Below, piece by piece: positions 9,444-20,309 of a stretch of DNA of 49,832 nucleotides. Source of the stretch: Chrysochromulina tobinii (lineage: Eukaryota). Below the pieces are notes generated by a model. That model ran no database searches. It saw only the letters and a program-made list of their open reading frames with translations, and was not told the DNA's origin. Made by a program: the position numbers and the translations under genes. Where the stretch lies: contig JWZX01002423.1 in assembly GCA_001275005.1 (NCBI GenBank), positions 1 to 49,832 of the forward strand, written 5' to 3'. Each line of letters begins with the position of its first letter. The first letter of the stretch is position 1.

Positions 9444-12400
9444 CTACCCGAAGTTGAACGCAAACGATTCGACCGCTGCCGTTCCTGCAGCTGCGGCTCT
9501 TCGCTTGGTGTCGCTCGCCCCGATCGCGTGCCCGTTCGCTTCCGCTCGAGGCTCGTCCGCGCGCGCACGCTTCGCCAGCAGTCCGCCCATCGTCGCGCTC
9601 GACTGAGCGTCGTGATGAGCGTCCCGCAGCGGCATCTGGGGCGGCTCGTCGACGAAGAGGAAGGCGGCGATGATGTACCGCGTGCCGTGCACGATGGGTT
9701 CCCCTCCATGGAGGGCAGCGCCATCGAAGGCGATGACGTGGCCGACGCCCGGGCAGAGCGAGCGGCGCAGGCCCGCAAAGTACGTGCCGCCGCCACAGAA
9801 GCCGTCGTTGAGGACAAGCGTGAAGCTCAGCCGAGACTCGTCCATGTGGAGCGGTAGATGCGCCTGCGCGCCCGCCGTGTACTTGACGAGGAAAGCATCG
9901 TGCACTCCCACTGCCTCGGCGGCGATCCCAAAGTGGCGCGCGAGCAAAGGGCGCAGCCGGTCGCGGAGGGCGCGCCGGAACCACGCGAGGAGCGCGGGCA
10001 CCTCGTGCACGGGCACATCCGTCGTGGGGACGGCGTGGTGGCGGCTTGTCGTCCATCCGCCTGTGACGGCCGCGTGCGCCTCCGCCATCGCAATCGCCTC
10101 CGCACACTCGGCGGCGGCGAAGAGGGGTGCGCGTGTGCTCACGACCCGAGAGCGACACGGGAGCACGACCACCTCACACTCCGCCCCCGCCGGGACGACG
10201 CTCGGCGCCCAACTCGGCGCCTCGTCGTCGACCGCCAGCGGCACGTGAGCACCGTCGCCGGCCTCTGCGGCCACTGCATACGCAGCATCTTTGCGCGCCT
10301 GCTTGGCCAGCAGTGCATGCGAGGGCGCCAGCAGTGCGCCCGTATGCCACGCGGCATGCGCCTCGTGCCATCGGCCCAGATTGAGCAGCGCCATCCCGAG
10401 CATCATCCACCCGTCACCCTCCGCCGCCGAGCTCGACAGCGTCGGCCAAGCCCCAGTCGGCGCGTGGGTGGCGCCGTAGTGAGCACTTGCATGCAGGCCT
10501 GCCCCAGTCGGCGCGTGGGTGGCGGCGGCGGCTGCGTGGCTCCCGTAGAGTGGCCCATGCAACAGAGCGACGACCTCCTCAAAGCGCCCGTCTTCGATGG
10601 CGTCCCTGGCGATCTCGAGCCGCGAGCACATCGCTACCCCGCGTCCTCCTGAGCGCTCGCATTCACACCGCACGCATTCACACCGGTAGCGTCGCCCGAG
10701 CGTCGCCTGCAACATCGCCGCCCGCGCCTCGACGTCCGCGGAGCTCACGTTCACCCACGCCAGCGTGGGTGGCTCCCATGCAGCCGAATCGGCGGCCCCG
10801 TTCGTGGACGGCTGTGCATGCATGTGCTCACCACAGCGCGTCGTGGACGGCTGTGCTGGTCGCAAGGGCACGAGAGCCACACGCAGCCCCGACGCGCTGG
10901 CGGCAGCCGGCTGAAGCTGGGCAGTGGGCAAGCACGAGTGCGCGAGCGACCCTAGCCGCGGGTCAAAGACGACGAGAGAGGCCGGTGGAAAGAGGTGCGG
11001 TGCGCACTGGGCAAGGAGGCAGCGACGGCGGCGCTGCGCCACCGCCGTCGCATCGGTCGCCGTGTCTGGCGCCGTATCGGTCACCGTGTCTGGCGCCGTA
11101 TCGGTCACCGTGTCTGGCGCCGTATCGGTCACCGTGTCTGGCGCCGCGTCGGCCGCCGCGTCCGCCGCCGCGTCCGCCGCCGCCTCGGCGAGAAGGCAGG
11201 CGTGGAGCTGCTCCGCCGCAGTGCCGCCGGCCGGGCCGGATGCCGCGCGCTGTGCTGGGCGCTCGGGACGACGCCCCGCGCGCCGCTCTCGCTCGCACAG
11301 TGCCCAGCACAGCGCGCGTGTCGCGGCCACTGCCCGGGCTTCAGCATCGGCCACTGCCCGGGCTTCAGCATCGGCCGGCGCGCGTGCTGTAGAGCCTACC
11401 GGTGGCGCTGTGCTGGGCGCGCCTGCCGATGGCGCTGTGCTGGGCGCGCCTGCCGATGGCGCTGTGCTGGGCACGCCTGCCGTGGGCGCTGTGCTGGGCG
11501 CGCCTGCTCTGGGCGCTGTGCTGGGCACAGCCAGGGCGCTGCAGTAGGCGAGGAGAGGCGAGGGCGTCTCGATGGGCACGAGGCGGCAGCGTATGGCCCC
11601 GACCAATCGCACAAAGAGGGCGCGGGAGAGGAGGTTCGGTGCGCTCGCCTTGCCAGCGGCCTCGGGTAGTCGTTCACACAAGCCGACCCGAAGCATGTGC
11701 CACGCCTCGCCCAACGCCTCCGCCCGCTCCGCCCGCTCCGCTGCCGCTGCTCGGAGGAACGTCAGCTGCCGCCGCCCCGCTTCAGAAGTCGCCGCCTCCA
11801 CTGCCGCCTTGCCCTCCTCTACCAAGGCCTCCTCGTCCTCCAGCTCGTCCTCCAGCTCGTCCTCCAGCTCGTCCACACCTTCCACCGCCTCGCCGATGGT
11901 GGTCGCAAGCTCTGTAGCCCGCGCCGCGGCCGCAGCTGCGAGCTCGGCAAGCGGCAGCGGCGGGACCTGCCGGGCTAGGCGCTGCACCTCGGCCAGCGCC
12001 TGGCTGAGGAGCGACGCCGCGAGGGTGAGGGAAGCGTCCTCGTGAGCGTCCTCGTGCTGACGTGTGAGGCGGCCGAAGGCTCGCAGAGGAGCGCCCTCTG
12101 CCAAGCCACCCTCACACAGCAATGCGTGGCCATCGCGCGCCGCCTCGCGGCACGCGTCCGAGCAATACGCCTCCAGACATGCACCGCCGGCCTCGCCACC
12201 CGCCGCAGCCTCGCCGCAGCCCTCGCTGCCGCCGCCCACACCGCCGCCGCTGCACGTCGCTGCCACGTTGCACCATCGCGTCACCACTCCGCCCGCCGCC
12301 ACGTCCTTGGTATCTGGCAGGCAAGCGGCCGAAGGCAGCGCCGCCCGCCCGCCCGCCCGCAGCGCTCGCCGGCTCCGTAGTCCGAGGCTGAGGCAGAGCT

Positions 12401-12581
12401 CCTCGGACATGCCTGCCGCCGGCCGCAAGCAGTGCGCGCACAATAGGCGACGCGCGCGCGAGGCGCTCGTCTGGTAACAGAGCAGCGGAGCAAATGGGAC
12501 GCCTAGCGCCGGCAGCTTCGCGTACGCCGGTTCCGTCGGCGGGACTGCGAGCAACGTCGAGGAGCTCTCATCACACTCCAT
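9444..12581 (-). CDS. SMYD-like (MYND/SET, degenerate) - TPR - 2OG-Fe(II) oxygenase multidomain protein
   Basis: CAHC and YCSDAC (MYND-like), AHSCLPTA plus CECVRC (SET/post-SET-like), TPR-like WMMLGMALLNLGRWHEAHAAW, and a C-terminal dioxygenase with HMD...HGGEPIVHGTRY. Confidence 0.75.
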   Translation of the reverse strand: MECDESSSTLLAVPPTEPAYAKLPALGVPFAPLLCYQTSASRARRLLCAHCLRPAAGMSEELCLSLGLRSRRALRAGGRAALPSAACLPDTKDVAAGGVVTRWCNVAATCSGGGVGGGSEGCGEAAAGGEAGGACLEAYCSDACREAARDGHALLCEGGLAEGAPLRAFGRLTRQHEDAHEDASLTLAASLLSQALAEVQRLARQVPPLPLAELAAAAAARATELATTIGEAVEGVDELEDELEDELEDEEALVEEGKAAVEAATSEAGRRQLTFLRAAAAERAERAEALGEAWHMLRVGLCERLPEAAGKASAPNLLSRALFVRLVGAIRCRLVPIETPSPLLAYCSALAVPSTAPRAGAPSTAPTAGVPSTAPSAGAPSTAPSAGAPSTAPPVGSTARAPADAEARAVADAEARAVAATRALCWALCERERRAGRRPERPAQRAASGPAGGTAAEQLHACLLAEAAADAAADAAADAAPDTVTDTAPDTVTDTAPDTVTDTAPDTATDATAVAQRRRRCLLAQCAPHLFPPASLVVFDPRLGSLAHSCLPTAQLQPAAASASGLRVALVPLRPAQPSTTRCGEHMHAQPSTNGAADSAAWEPPTLAWVNVSSADVEARAAMLQATLGRRYRCECVRCECERSGGRGVAMCSRLEIARDAIEDGRFEEVVALLHGPLYGSHAAAAATHAPTGAGLHASAHYGATHAPTGAWPTLSSSAAEGDGWMMLGMALLNLGRWHEAHAAWHTGALLAPSHALLAKQARKDAAYAVAAEAGDGAHVPLAVDDEAPSWAPSVVPAGAECEVVVLPCRSRVVSTRAPLFAAAECAEAIAMAEAHAAVTGGWTTSRHHAVPTTDVPVHEVPALLAWFRRALRDRLRPLLARHFGIAAEAVGVHDAFLVKYTAGAQAHLPLHMDESRLSFTLVLNDGFCGGGTYFAGLRRSLCPGVGHVIAFDGAALHGGEPIVHGTRYIIAAFLFVDEPPQMPLRDAHHDAQSSATMGGLLAKRARADEPRAEANGHAIGASDTKRRAAAAGTAAVESFAFNFG
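11048..11145. repeat. 24-bp coding tandem repeat (APDTVTDT), ~4 copies
   Basis: Repeated gccgtatcggtcaccgtgtctggc within the SET/oxygenase gene. Confidence 0.85.
11404..11527. repeat. 27-bp coding tandem repeat (GAPSTAPxA), ~5 copies
   Basis: Repeated ggcgctgtgctgggc(g/a)cgcctgc.. units. Confidence 0.85.
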
Positions 12582-12709
12582 GGCAGTCGAGGAGGTGCGA
12601 GGAGTGTGAACTGGGCAAGGCTGTTAATACTTTGTCGCCCACTCATCTTCCTTTTCATTCCCACAAACTTCACAGCCTGTTCACACCGTCACCCTGTGAA
12701 TCAGCAAAA

Positions 12710-15466
12710 ATGGCGGACCCTGGAGCGCAGCGCGTGCGCTTGAGGGCGCGCGAGGGCGAGGATGTCGAGTGGACGCACCGGGTAGCCCAGCGAGCAAGCA
12801 CGCTCAAAAACATGATGGACGACGCTCCAACAGAAGATGGCGTCTACCCGCTGCCGACGATTGCGGCGGCAGAGCTGGAAATGCTCATGGAGATGTGCGA
12901 GGCCGACTCCATGCCGGCGAGACTCGAGCTGTGCTCGATCCCGGAGCTCTTCAGGCTCGTCGAGGGCGCCAGCTTCCTTGATGCCCCCGGGGCGCTCAAT
13001 CACGCGCAGCGCACCCTCGCCTCGCGCCTCGAGGGCAAACGCGCCGATGAGCTGAGAGAGGTGCTCGGCGCAACGGATGACTTTGGCAGTGTGGAGGATC
13101 GTCTGGCGGCACTCGCCGAGCCGGCGTTCTCGCCGGAGGGGCAGCTGTCACTAGCCACGACGGGCTCTGCGGGGCCACCCGCGCTGGAGCCGCAGCCCTC
13201 GCTGTCGGGGGTAGAAGTAACGGACGATGCAAAGGAGGCGGCGTTGGGCATGGTCGACGTGGGCACGCTAGCCGAGCTCAAGGGTGTGAGCCGATCGTGG
13301 TTGGTGCTCGCGCGGCGCGTGCTCTGCTCCCGCCTCGGCCGCTGCGAGGGGCAGCCCGCGCCGACTGAGCTGGCTGAGATCACCGATCTCAACATCAAGA
13401 TCATCGTCGACGCGGGCCGGTCATGGGAGGCGGCGGCGGCGGGGAGGATGCTGCCCAGCCTGGCCCGACTGCGCTGGGAGGGCTTCGAGGTGAATGTGAC
13501 CGCGGTCCGCGGGGTGGATCTGGACGAGAGGGATGATGACGAGGACGATTACGAGGACGAGAGGCCGTTCCTTGGAGGCCCTGCCAAAACCGCTCTCCTC
13601 AGCTGCATCGAGGGAGAGGGCGAGCCGCCGCTCGAGCTACTGCTTGCAGCTGTCGCCTGTGCCGGCTCTGGCGAGATTCGCGGCATACCGGTGCAGATGA
13701 TGCGCGACGACTCCGCCTCTAAGCTCGACCTGCAAGAGAGAGATATCCTCGAAGAAGGCGGCATGCTTCTTGCGTACCTCGTGCCTGTCATGGGCGCGCT
13801 GACGGCCCTGAATTTGTCCTCTAACTGCCTCAATGATGAGGGCGTAAGCGCAGTCTGCGAGGCTATCCAGAGCAACAAGGAGACCAAGCTCGCGTCCCTC
13901 AACTTCGGGGACAACAATATCAGTCCAGTTGGAGCAAACTCTGTGGCGGCTATGGTAGCTGTCACAGGCGGGCTGATGGCCCTTAATTTATCCCATAACT
14001 ACCTCAAGGATGAGGGCGTAAGCGCAATCTGCAAGGCCATCCAGAGTAACAAGGAGACCAAGCTCGCGTCGCTCAACTTCAAGAACAATGGCATCAGTCC
14101 AGTTGGAGCAAACGCTGTGGCTGCTATGGTAGCCGTCACAGGCGGGCTGACGAGCATCAACCTGTCCGGAAACTATCTGTGCGGCATCCGGACTGACAGC
14201 TATGGCGACCAACATGGCACCTACACCGCAGAGGGCATCACTGCAATCGCCGACGCCCTGCGCGTCAATGGCGCACTGACGAGCATCTCCCTCGCAAACA
14301 ACATGATCTCTGGCATTGGAGGGCAGTTCTCAGATGGAAGTGGAGACCTAAGAGGTGCCTTCAGCATCGAAGGCATTGCGGCCCTCGCAGATGCTCTCTC
14401 AAAGAGCATGACGCTTCGGTCAGTGGACTTATCCAACAATTCTCTAGCTGGAGTAAACCGTTCTGGTCATGGAACCTTTCGTCCCGAAGGCATCAATTTG
14501 ATCGCTGATGCCATCCGCGTTAATGGCGCGCTGACGAAGTTGTCGCTCGCCCAAAACAAGTTGGAGGTGGAGGGCACCAAAGCCATCTGCGAGGCACTGG
14601 AACAGAACAAGACGCTCAAGGAGCTTGACATCAGCGGCGATAAGCGGAACAGCAACATTGGTGGGTCAGCAGGAGTCAAGCACGTGGCCAAGATGCTTGG
14701 CGTCAGCGGCGGGCTGACGAGCATCAACATGTCCGGAAATAATCTCACCGACTCCGGCAGGGACATGACGGGCATCAAGGAGCTCGCTGCAGCTCTTGGC
14801 GTTAACGGCGGGCTGACGAGCCTGGACCTCTCCAAAAACGCACTCTGCGGATTGGTCCAATCCTTCGGCGGCGGCGTCAGCGGCACCTACACTGCAGAGG
14901 GCATCACTGCAATCGCCAACGCCCTGCGCGTTAATGGCGCGCTGACGAAGCTGTCGCTCGCCCAAAACAAGCTGAAGGAGGCGGGCACCAAAGCCATCTG
15001 CGAGGCACTAGAACAGAACACGACGCTCAAGGAGCTCGATATCAGCGGAGATTGGCAAGGCAGCAACACTGGTGGTTCAGCAGGAGCCAAGCACGTGGCC
15101 AAGATGGTACGCGTCAATGGCGCGCTGACGAGCCTGGACCTCTCCAACAATGCACTCTGCGGGTTGGTCCAGGGCAGGGTCAGCGTTACCTATTCTGCAG
15201 AGGGCATCACAGCGATTGCGGAGGCTCTGCGCGTTAATGGCGCGCTGACAGAGTTGTCTATTTATGGCAACCACGTTGGTGATGAGGGAGTTGTTGCGAT
15301 CTGCGAGGCCATCCAGAGCAACAAGGAGACCAAGCTCGCGTCGCTCAACTTTGGGAACAACGGTATCAGTCCAGTTGGAGCAAACGCTGTGGCGGCTATG
15401 GTAGCCCTGAAATGCATGTACGCACCGTGCGGGTTTACGCACCACAGGATGGAGGATGCAACGTGA
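12710..15466 (+). CDS. Skp1/BTB-like domain + F-box-like segment + RI-type (NLRC3-like) leucine-rich repeats
   Basis: ATG at 12710 after aaaa context. Skp1-like motifs (RLRAREGE, ASTLKNMMDD, YPLPTI, LFRLVEGASFLD, LEGKRADELREVLG..DDF), F-box-like LAELKGVSRSWLVLAR, and many LTxLxLSxNxL repeats. Confidence 0.8.
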   Translation: MADPGAQRVRLRAREGEDVEWTHRVAQRASTLKNMMDDAPTEDGVYPLPTIAAAELEMLMEMCEADSMPARLELCSIPELFRLVEGASFLDAPGALNHAQRTLASRLEGKRADELREVLGATDDFGSVEDRLAALAEPAFSPEGQLSLATTGSAGPPALEPQPSLSGVEVTDDAKEAALGMVDVGTLAELKGVSRSWLVLARRVLCSRLGRCEGQPAPTELAEITDLNIKIIVDAGRSWEAAAAGRMLPSLARLRWEGFEVNVTAVRGVDLDERDDDEDDYEDERPFLGGPAKTALLSCIEGEGEPPLELLLAAVACAGSGEIRGIPVQMMRDDSASKLDLQERDILEEGGMLLAYLVPVMGALTALNLSSNCLNDEGVSAVCEAIQSNKETKLASLNFGDNNISPVGANSVAAMVAVTGGLMALNLSHNYLKDEGVSAICKAIQSNKETKLASLNFKNNGISPVGANAVAAMVAVTGGLTSINLSGNYLCGIRTDSYGDQHGTYTAEGITAIADALRVNGALTSISLANNMISGIGGQFSDGSGDLRGAFSIEGIAALADALSKSMTLRSVDLSNNSLAGVNRSGHGTFRPEGINLIADAIRVNGALTKLSLAQNKLEVEGTKAICEALEQNKTLKELDISGDKRNSNIGGSAGVKHVAKMLGVSGGLTSINMSGNNLTDSGRDMTGIKELAAALGVNGGLTSLDLSKNALCGLVQSFGGGVSGTYTAEGITAIANALRVNGALTKLSLAQNKLKEAGTKAICEALEQNTTLKELDISGDWQGSNTGGSAGAKHVAKMVRVNGALTSLDLSNNALCGLVQGRVSVTYSAEGITAIAEALRVNGALTELSIYGNHVGDEGVVAICEAIQSNKETKLASLNFGNNGISPVGANAVAAMVALKCMYAPCGFTHHRMEDAT

Positions 15467-15845
15467 CGACGTGTGATGACCCGAAGTGCGAAGACGAATT
15501 CTACTTAGCGCCACAGCCACCACCGGACCCACCGAGACGGGGTGTGGCGGACTGCCTGACTGACCCACCGTACTAGCGTTCCCACCGTAGTTCCCACTGT
15601 ACGGTGCTGCTGACGCAGCGAATTTAGTTCCCCCACCGTGCATGGGAATGCGGCGCTCTATGGAATTTGCGAAAAGGACATTTGAATCGACACACGCGAA
15701 CGCGCAACATTCGGAATTCGTCAATTCCTGTTAATTCACACCCGGAACGCGTCGTGGTCGCAATGCCGCGCGGCGCACTGCCTGCGCACGGCAGAACCGT
15801 TGACGTGAAGCGCCAAAAATCTCAGTAGCGCCAATCCTGCCATCG

Positions 15846-18800
15846 ATGCAGAGCAAGAAGTCGTCAAATCCTCCGTGGTGCGATGAGCTCGTCCAGGGGC
15901 AGAACCGCCAGCCCATGCATGCGCCGCTGCACGCGTACGAGAGCATCGCGAACGCGCTCACAGATGGCTGCACTGCTGAGCCGCCATCCTCGCGCTGGGT
16001 GCTCCGGCTCACGCCCGCGCAGTGGCTCTTCCACCTAGCCCCATCACCATCCATAGCGCCTGCGCCATACAAGGGAAGAGGCTTCCGCACCACGGGCTGG
16101 GGGTTGATTGCGGTCCCGTGCTCATGGCAAGTCGCCAACTACCAGCAGGGTGCCGCAGCTGGAGGCACCCCTTATACCGATCTCCCAATCTACGCAAATT
16201 ATCGGTACCCCTTCGCCGGGGACGCGGCGAGCCTGGCGAGCTTCCCAGTGCCGCGCGAAAATAATCCGGTCGGCTCGTACCAGGTCGAGTTCACCATCCC
16301 GGAGGCGTGGGACGGACGGCGCATCTTCCTGGTGCTAGAGGGTGCTGAATCGAACGCAACGGTGTGGATCGACGGCCGGAAGGTGGGCTACTCGCAGGAC
16401 TCGCGGCTTCCCGCGGAATTCGACGTGACCGCCGCCTGCGCTGGTCCGGCCCGCGGCGCTCCACTGGCAGCGGTTGGAGATGCGGCATCTCAGCCAAAGG
16501 TGGCAGGCCCACACGTGCTTTCGGTGCAGTGCATGCGGTACTGTGACGGCTCGTACCTCGAGGACCAGGACCACTGGTGGCTCTCCGGGCTGCATCGGCA
16601 CGTGTGGCTGTACGCCAAACCGCATCGTCTCTCGCTGGTCGACTACCATGTCGTCACCACAGCCGTCCAGCCCGAGGCATCGAGCCCGCCGGCCGGCCCG
16701 TCGGCCGAGATGACGATCTCCGTGCGCTGCCAGAGTGACAGACGCCTGGCGCCGTCAGAGCTCGAGAGTTATCGTCTGGTCACTTCGCTGCACGGGCCCT
16801 GCTTGCTCACACCCGGCGAGCCGGCGCCACCGCGCGCCGAGCTGTGGAGCGACGTCGAGCGTCTAGAGCCAGCCGACGCAGCCGAGCGGAATGACGTCGC
16901 TCTCACCCGCGCGCGTGCGGCGTGCGCGGCCAGCTGCGAGGAGCTCATGGAGGCAGGTGGACTGCTTGTGGGCGATGCGTGTGCGAGCTTCAAGCTGCGG
17001 CTGGACAATGCCTTCCTTTGGTCCGCGGAAGCCCCGTGGCTGTACACGGTCGTCGTTGAGCTGCGCGATGCGAGCGGCCAGACGATCGATTGCGAAGCGT
17101 GCCATGTGGGCGTTCGAACTGTGAGGTTGCAGAATGGCTGCCTGCTCCTCAACGGTCGCGAGCTGACCATCCGTGGGGTGAACCGACACGATCACTGCCC
17201 GCTGCGGGGCAAAGCAGTGGACTGGGCCACCATGCTGACCGACGTGAAGCTGATCAAGGCGCACTCGCTCAATGCTGTACGCACCTCGCACTATCCGAAC
17301 GCCTCAGAGTGGTATAAGCTCTGCGACGCGCTAGGCTTGTATGTGGTCGACGAGGCGAACTGCGAGACGCACGGCTGCCTCTTCATCGGCGACGAAGGCG
17401 CGCTCGCCAAGAAGCGCTCGTGGCGCGCCGCGTTTGTGCAGCGCTTCACACGCATGGTCCAACGGGACAAAAATCACGCATGCATCGTCGGTTGGTCGCT
17501 CGGCAACGAGGCCGGCTACGGCGGACACCACGATGCCATGGGCGTGTGGTGCCGAGCGCACGAGCCTTCCCGGCCTGTGCAGTACGAGTCCTGCGGCGGC
17601 GCCGCGTGCACCGACATCCTGTGCCCAATGTATCCGTCGGATGCGCTCGTGAAGCGGTTGAACACGCTCGCAGGCCAGCTGGCCTCTTCTCGGAAGAACA
17701 AGCCGGAGGACCTCACCCGACGATACCCTGCCTCGCAGCACTCGGGTGGCATGCGGCCGGTCATCCCGTGCGAGTATGCCCACGCGATGGGCAACTCGAC
17801 AGGCAACCTGAGCGAGTGGTGGACTCTCTTCGAGAGCCTGCCCTTCTGCCAGGGCGGGTTCATCTGGGACTTTGTAGATCAGGGGCTTGCGCAGTCGATC
17901 CCAACCGTCGCCGCCGCTGCCGTCTCGGCCAGCGGGGCAGCGCCGCCGGCGATCACCCTCGCTGACGGCACCGTACTCGCTGGCAAGCGATGGGCCTACG
18001 GCGGCGACTTTGGCGAGCGCGTGCACGACGCGCGCTTTTGCATCAATGGGCTCGTGGGCCCTGGGCGGCGGCCGCACCCCGGCCTTTTCGAGGTGAAGAG
18101 CGTCCTGCAGCCCGTACGTATAGCGCTCGGCAAGAGTCCGTGGGTGTACGTGGCGCCAGAGGATGGCGTGGGTGTTCGAGGCGCAGCGCGCGCAACGGGC
18201 ACGCTACGGCTCCGAAACCTATATGGCTTCCGATCCCTCGCGGGGCTTCGAGTGAGCGTGTCGCTGCAGGTCGACGGCGTCGTGGTCGGTCGATCTGTCG
18301 TAGAGTGCCTTGATGACGTGGCAGCCGGTGCCTCGCTCGAGTTGCGCATTATCGTGCCGCTCGGCGACGGTGAGGCAACGAGGACGGTGCTGCCCGAGCC
18401 GGTCGTGCGTAACCCGATGCTGGCGCGCGAGGCCTTCCTCGATGTCGAGGTGACCGACCCAGACGTCCCAACTTGGGCCCACTCGGCAGCACGCATCGTG
18501 GCGACTGCGCAGTTCACCGTGACGCCGCCATCGATCCCGCCGCCGTTGGCCTTCGCTGGGCATCTGATTTCCTCGGCTGATCTCGCCGACGTTACGTCTT
18601 CTCACAGCAGCGACGGCACGGACGGCACGGACGGCACGGACGGCGCGGACGGCCTGAGCTTTGCAGAGGACGTCGAGCGCGTTCTCATCCGCGGCGGCTG
18701 CACCGGCGGTGGCACCTTCAGCCTGGTGATCAACCGAGCTGATGGTACGGTGGGGCCGCTGAGTGTGGATGGGCACGTGGTCTTGAGTCGTGGCGGTGCG

Positions 18801-20155
18801 GCACTCAGCTTGTGGCGTGCGCCGACGGAGAATGATCAGGGCTGCGTGTTCACCGCCTTCGCGCACCCCAAGGACGAGACGATTGCGAGCCTTGTGTGGT
18901 GGTACCGTCTGATCCTCGAGCTCAGCAAGCGGCTCCCGCATTGGCTCTTCAAATTAGGGGCGTCATACGCGGATCTGTGGGATCTCGATGGCCTACCCGA
19001 TCTGCAACCGCAAGATCGCGCCCCCACGGTCACAGTCACGCACGCCTCATCTGCACGGGTCGATGTGCTCATCCGGCGTGAGCTCTGCGCGCCCAACGGC
19101 TCGAAGCGCGCCGCACACGACATCACCCTCACCGTCCTCCGAGGCGGCGCCATCCACCTGGCGAACACAGCCTCGGTGGCGCTCGTGCACAGCGACACGC
19201 TTGCGCGCATCGGGCTGGGCTTTGCGCTGCCACGCAACGCCGTCGGTGGCCATCAGCTCGAGTGGACAGTGCGCTGGTACGGCCGCGGCCCGCATGAGAA
19301 CTACCCCGATCGTCAGGCGTCCGCGCCCATAGGTACGTACGACGCGACGCCGGCGGAACTCGCCGAGGAGCTGACGGTAGGGTACGTGTATGCACAGCAC
19401 TGTGGACGGCGGGGTGCGGCCCGATGGCTCTCCCTCGCGACTGCGGCCGGGCGCGGGCTGCTCGTGAGCGGCGGGGTGCCCTTTGGCTTCACGATGATGC
19501 CGTGCCCGGACGCAGTCATCGCGGCGGCGCAGCATCCACACGAGGTGGCGGAGGCCATGGCGGAGCGGCAGGCGGCTGGTGAGCCTGCCGAGATGACGCT
19601 GCGCCCTCGCTGCGCCCTCGCTGATGACCGCTGATGACCGCTGATGACCGCTGATTGCCCTCCTCATCAGGTGAGCCTGCCGAGCATCATTTGACCATCG
19701 ACCACAAGATCATGGGCGTCGGCGGAGACGTCGCCTGGTTCCCGTCTGTCAGAGAGGGCTACCTCGTCCCTCCGGGCACGTACCGTTGGACGATGTTGCT
19801 CCAAGCCTTTGCCGCTTGGCCGCCGCCCCCCGCGCTGCCGCTACCCGCCGACTTGGCGCCCGTCGGCGCCATCGGCGGGCGCAAGCGGCCTCCCGCCTTT
19901 GAGCCAGTGGGGCTGGTGGACAAGGCCATGAGGGTGGTGTGCCTGCTTCTTCTCGAGGCGCCGCCTCTCACTCGGTCACTGACGACCACGCTCCTGCTGC
20001 TGATTGCCCTCGCACTCATGTTGGCAGCCGAGGCGACACATGCCTGGCTCGTAGACGCCACACCAAATGAGTACATATATGGCAATCAGTCTGATGCTCC
20101 GAGATCCACCGAGGAGATCCCGAGCGTCCCTTCCTCACCCGAACTAGTGATGTGA
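15846..20155 (+). CDS. Glycoside hydrolase family 2 beta-galactosidase (LacZ-like), two exons (15846-19578, 19671-20155), C-terminal hydrophobic helix
   Basis: NRQPMH, GYSQDSRLPAEFD, EDQDHWWLSGLHR, IRGVNRHDH, NAVRTSHYPN, WSLGNE (acid/base), CEYAHAMGNS (nucleophile), WYGRGPHENYPDR. The C-terminal GVGGD motif is restored by splicing a GT-AG intron at 19579-19670. Confidence 0.92.
19579..19670 (+). other. Repeat-built, introner-like spliceosomal intron (92 nt)
   Basis: GTGAGC...CTCATCAG. Internal (CTGATGACCG)x3. A 15-bp direct repeat GGTGAGCCTGCCGAG spans both junctions (19578-19592, 19670-19684). Removal restores the frame. Confidence 0.8.
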
Positions 20156-20309
20156 TGATTTGCACGGCATGGCATTGAGCTCATTGAGCTCTGAGTACAG
20201 AGTACACTTGAGCTGGGTCGTACTTAAGGCCGATGTAGGACGTAGCTCGTATGTCGTGTGGAAAGGGCGCCGCGCACCGCACGTTCATTCCTCCCCTGAC
20301 CGTGGTAAT

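Noticed and set aside
15470..15720. Possible MITE (short TTCCCAC/GTGGGAA-like repeats) after the LRR gene
   Set aside because: No clear terminal inverted repeat or target-site duplication could be defined by eye.
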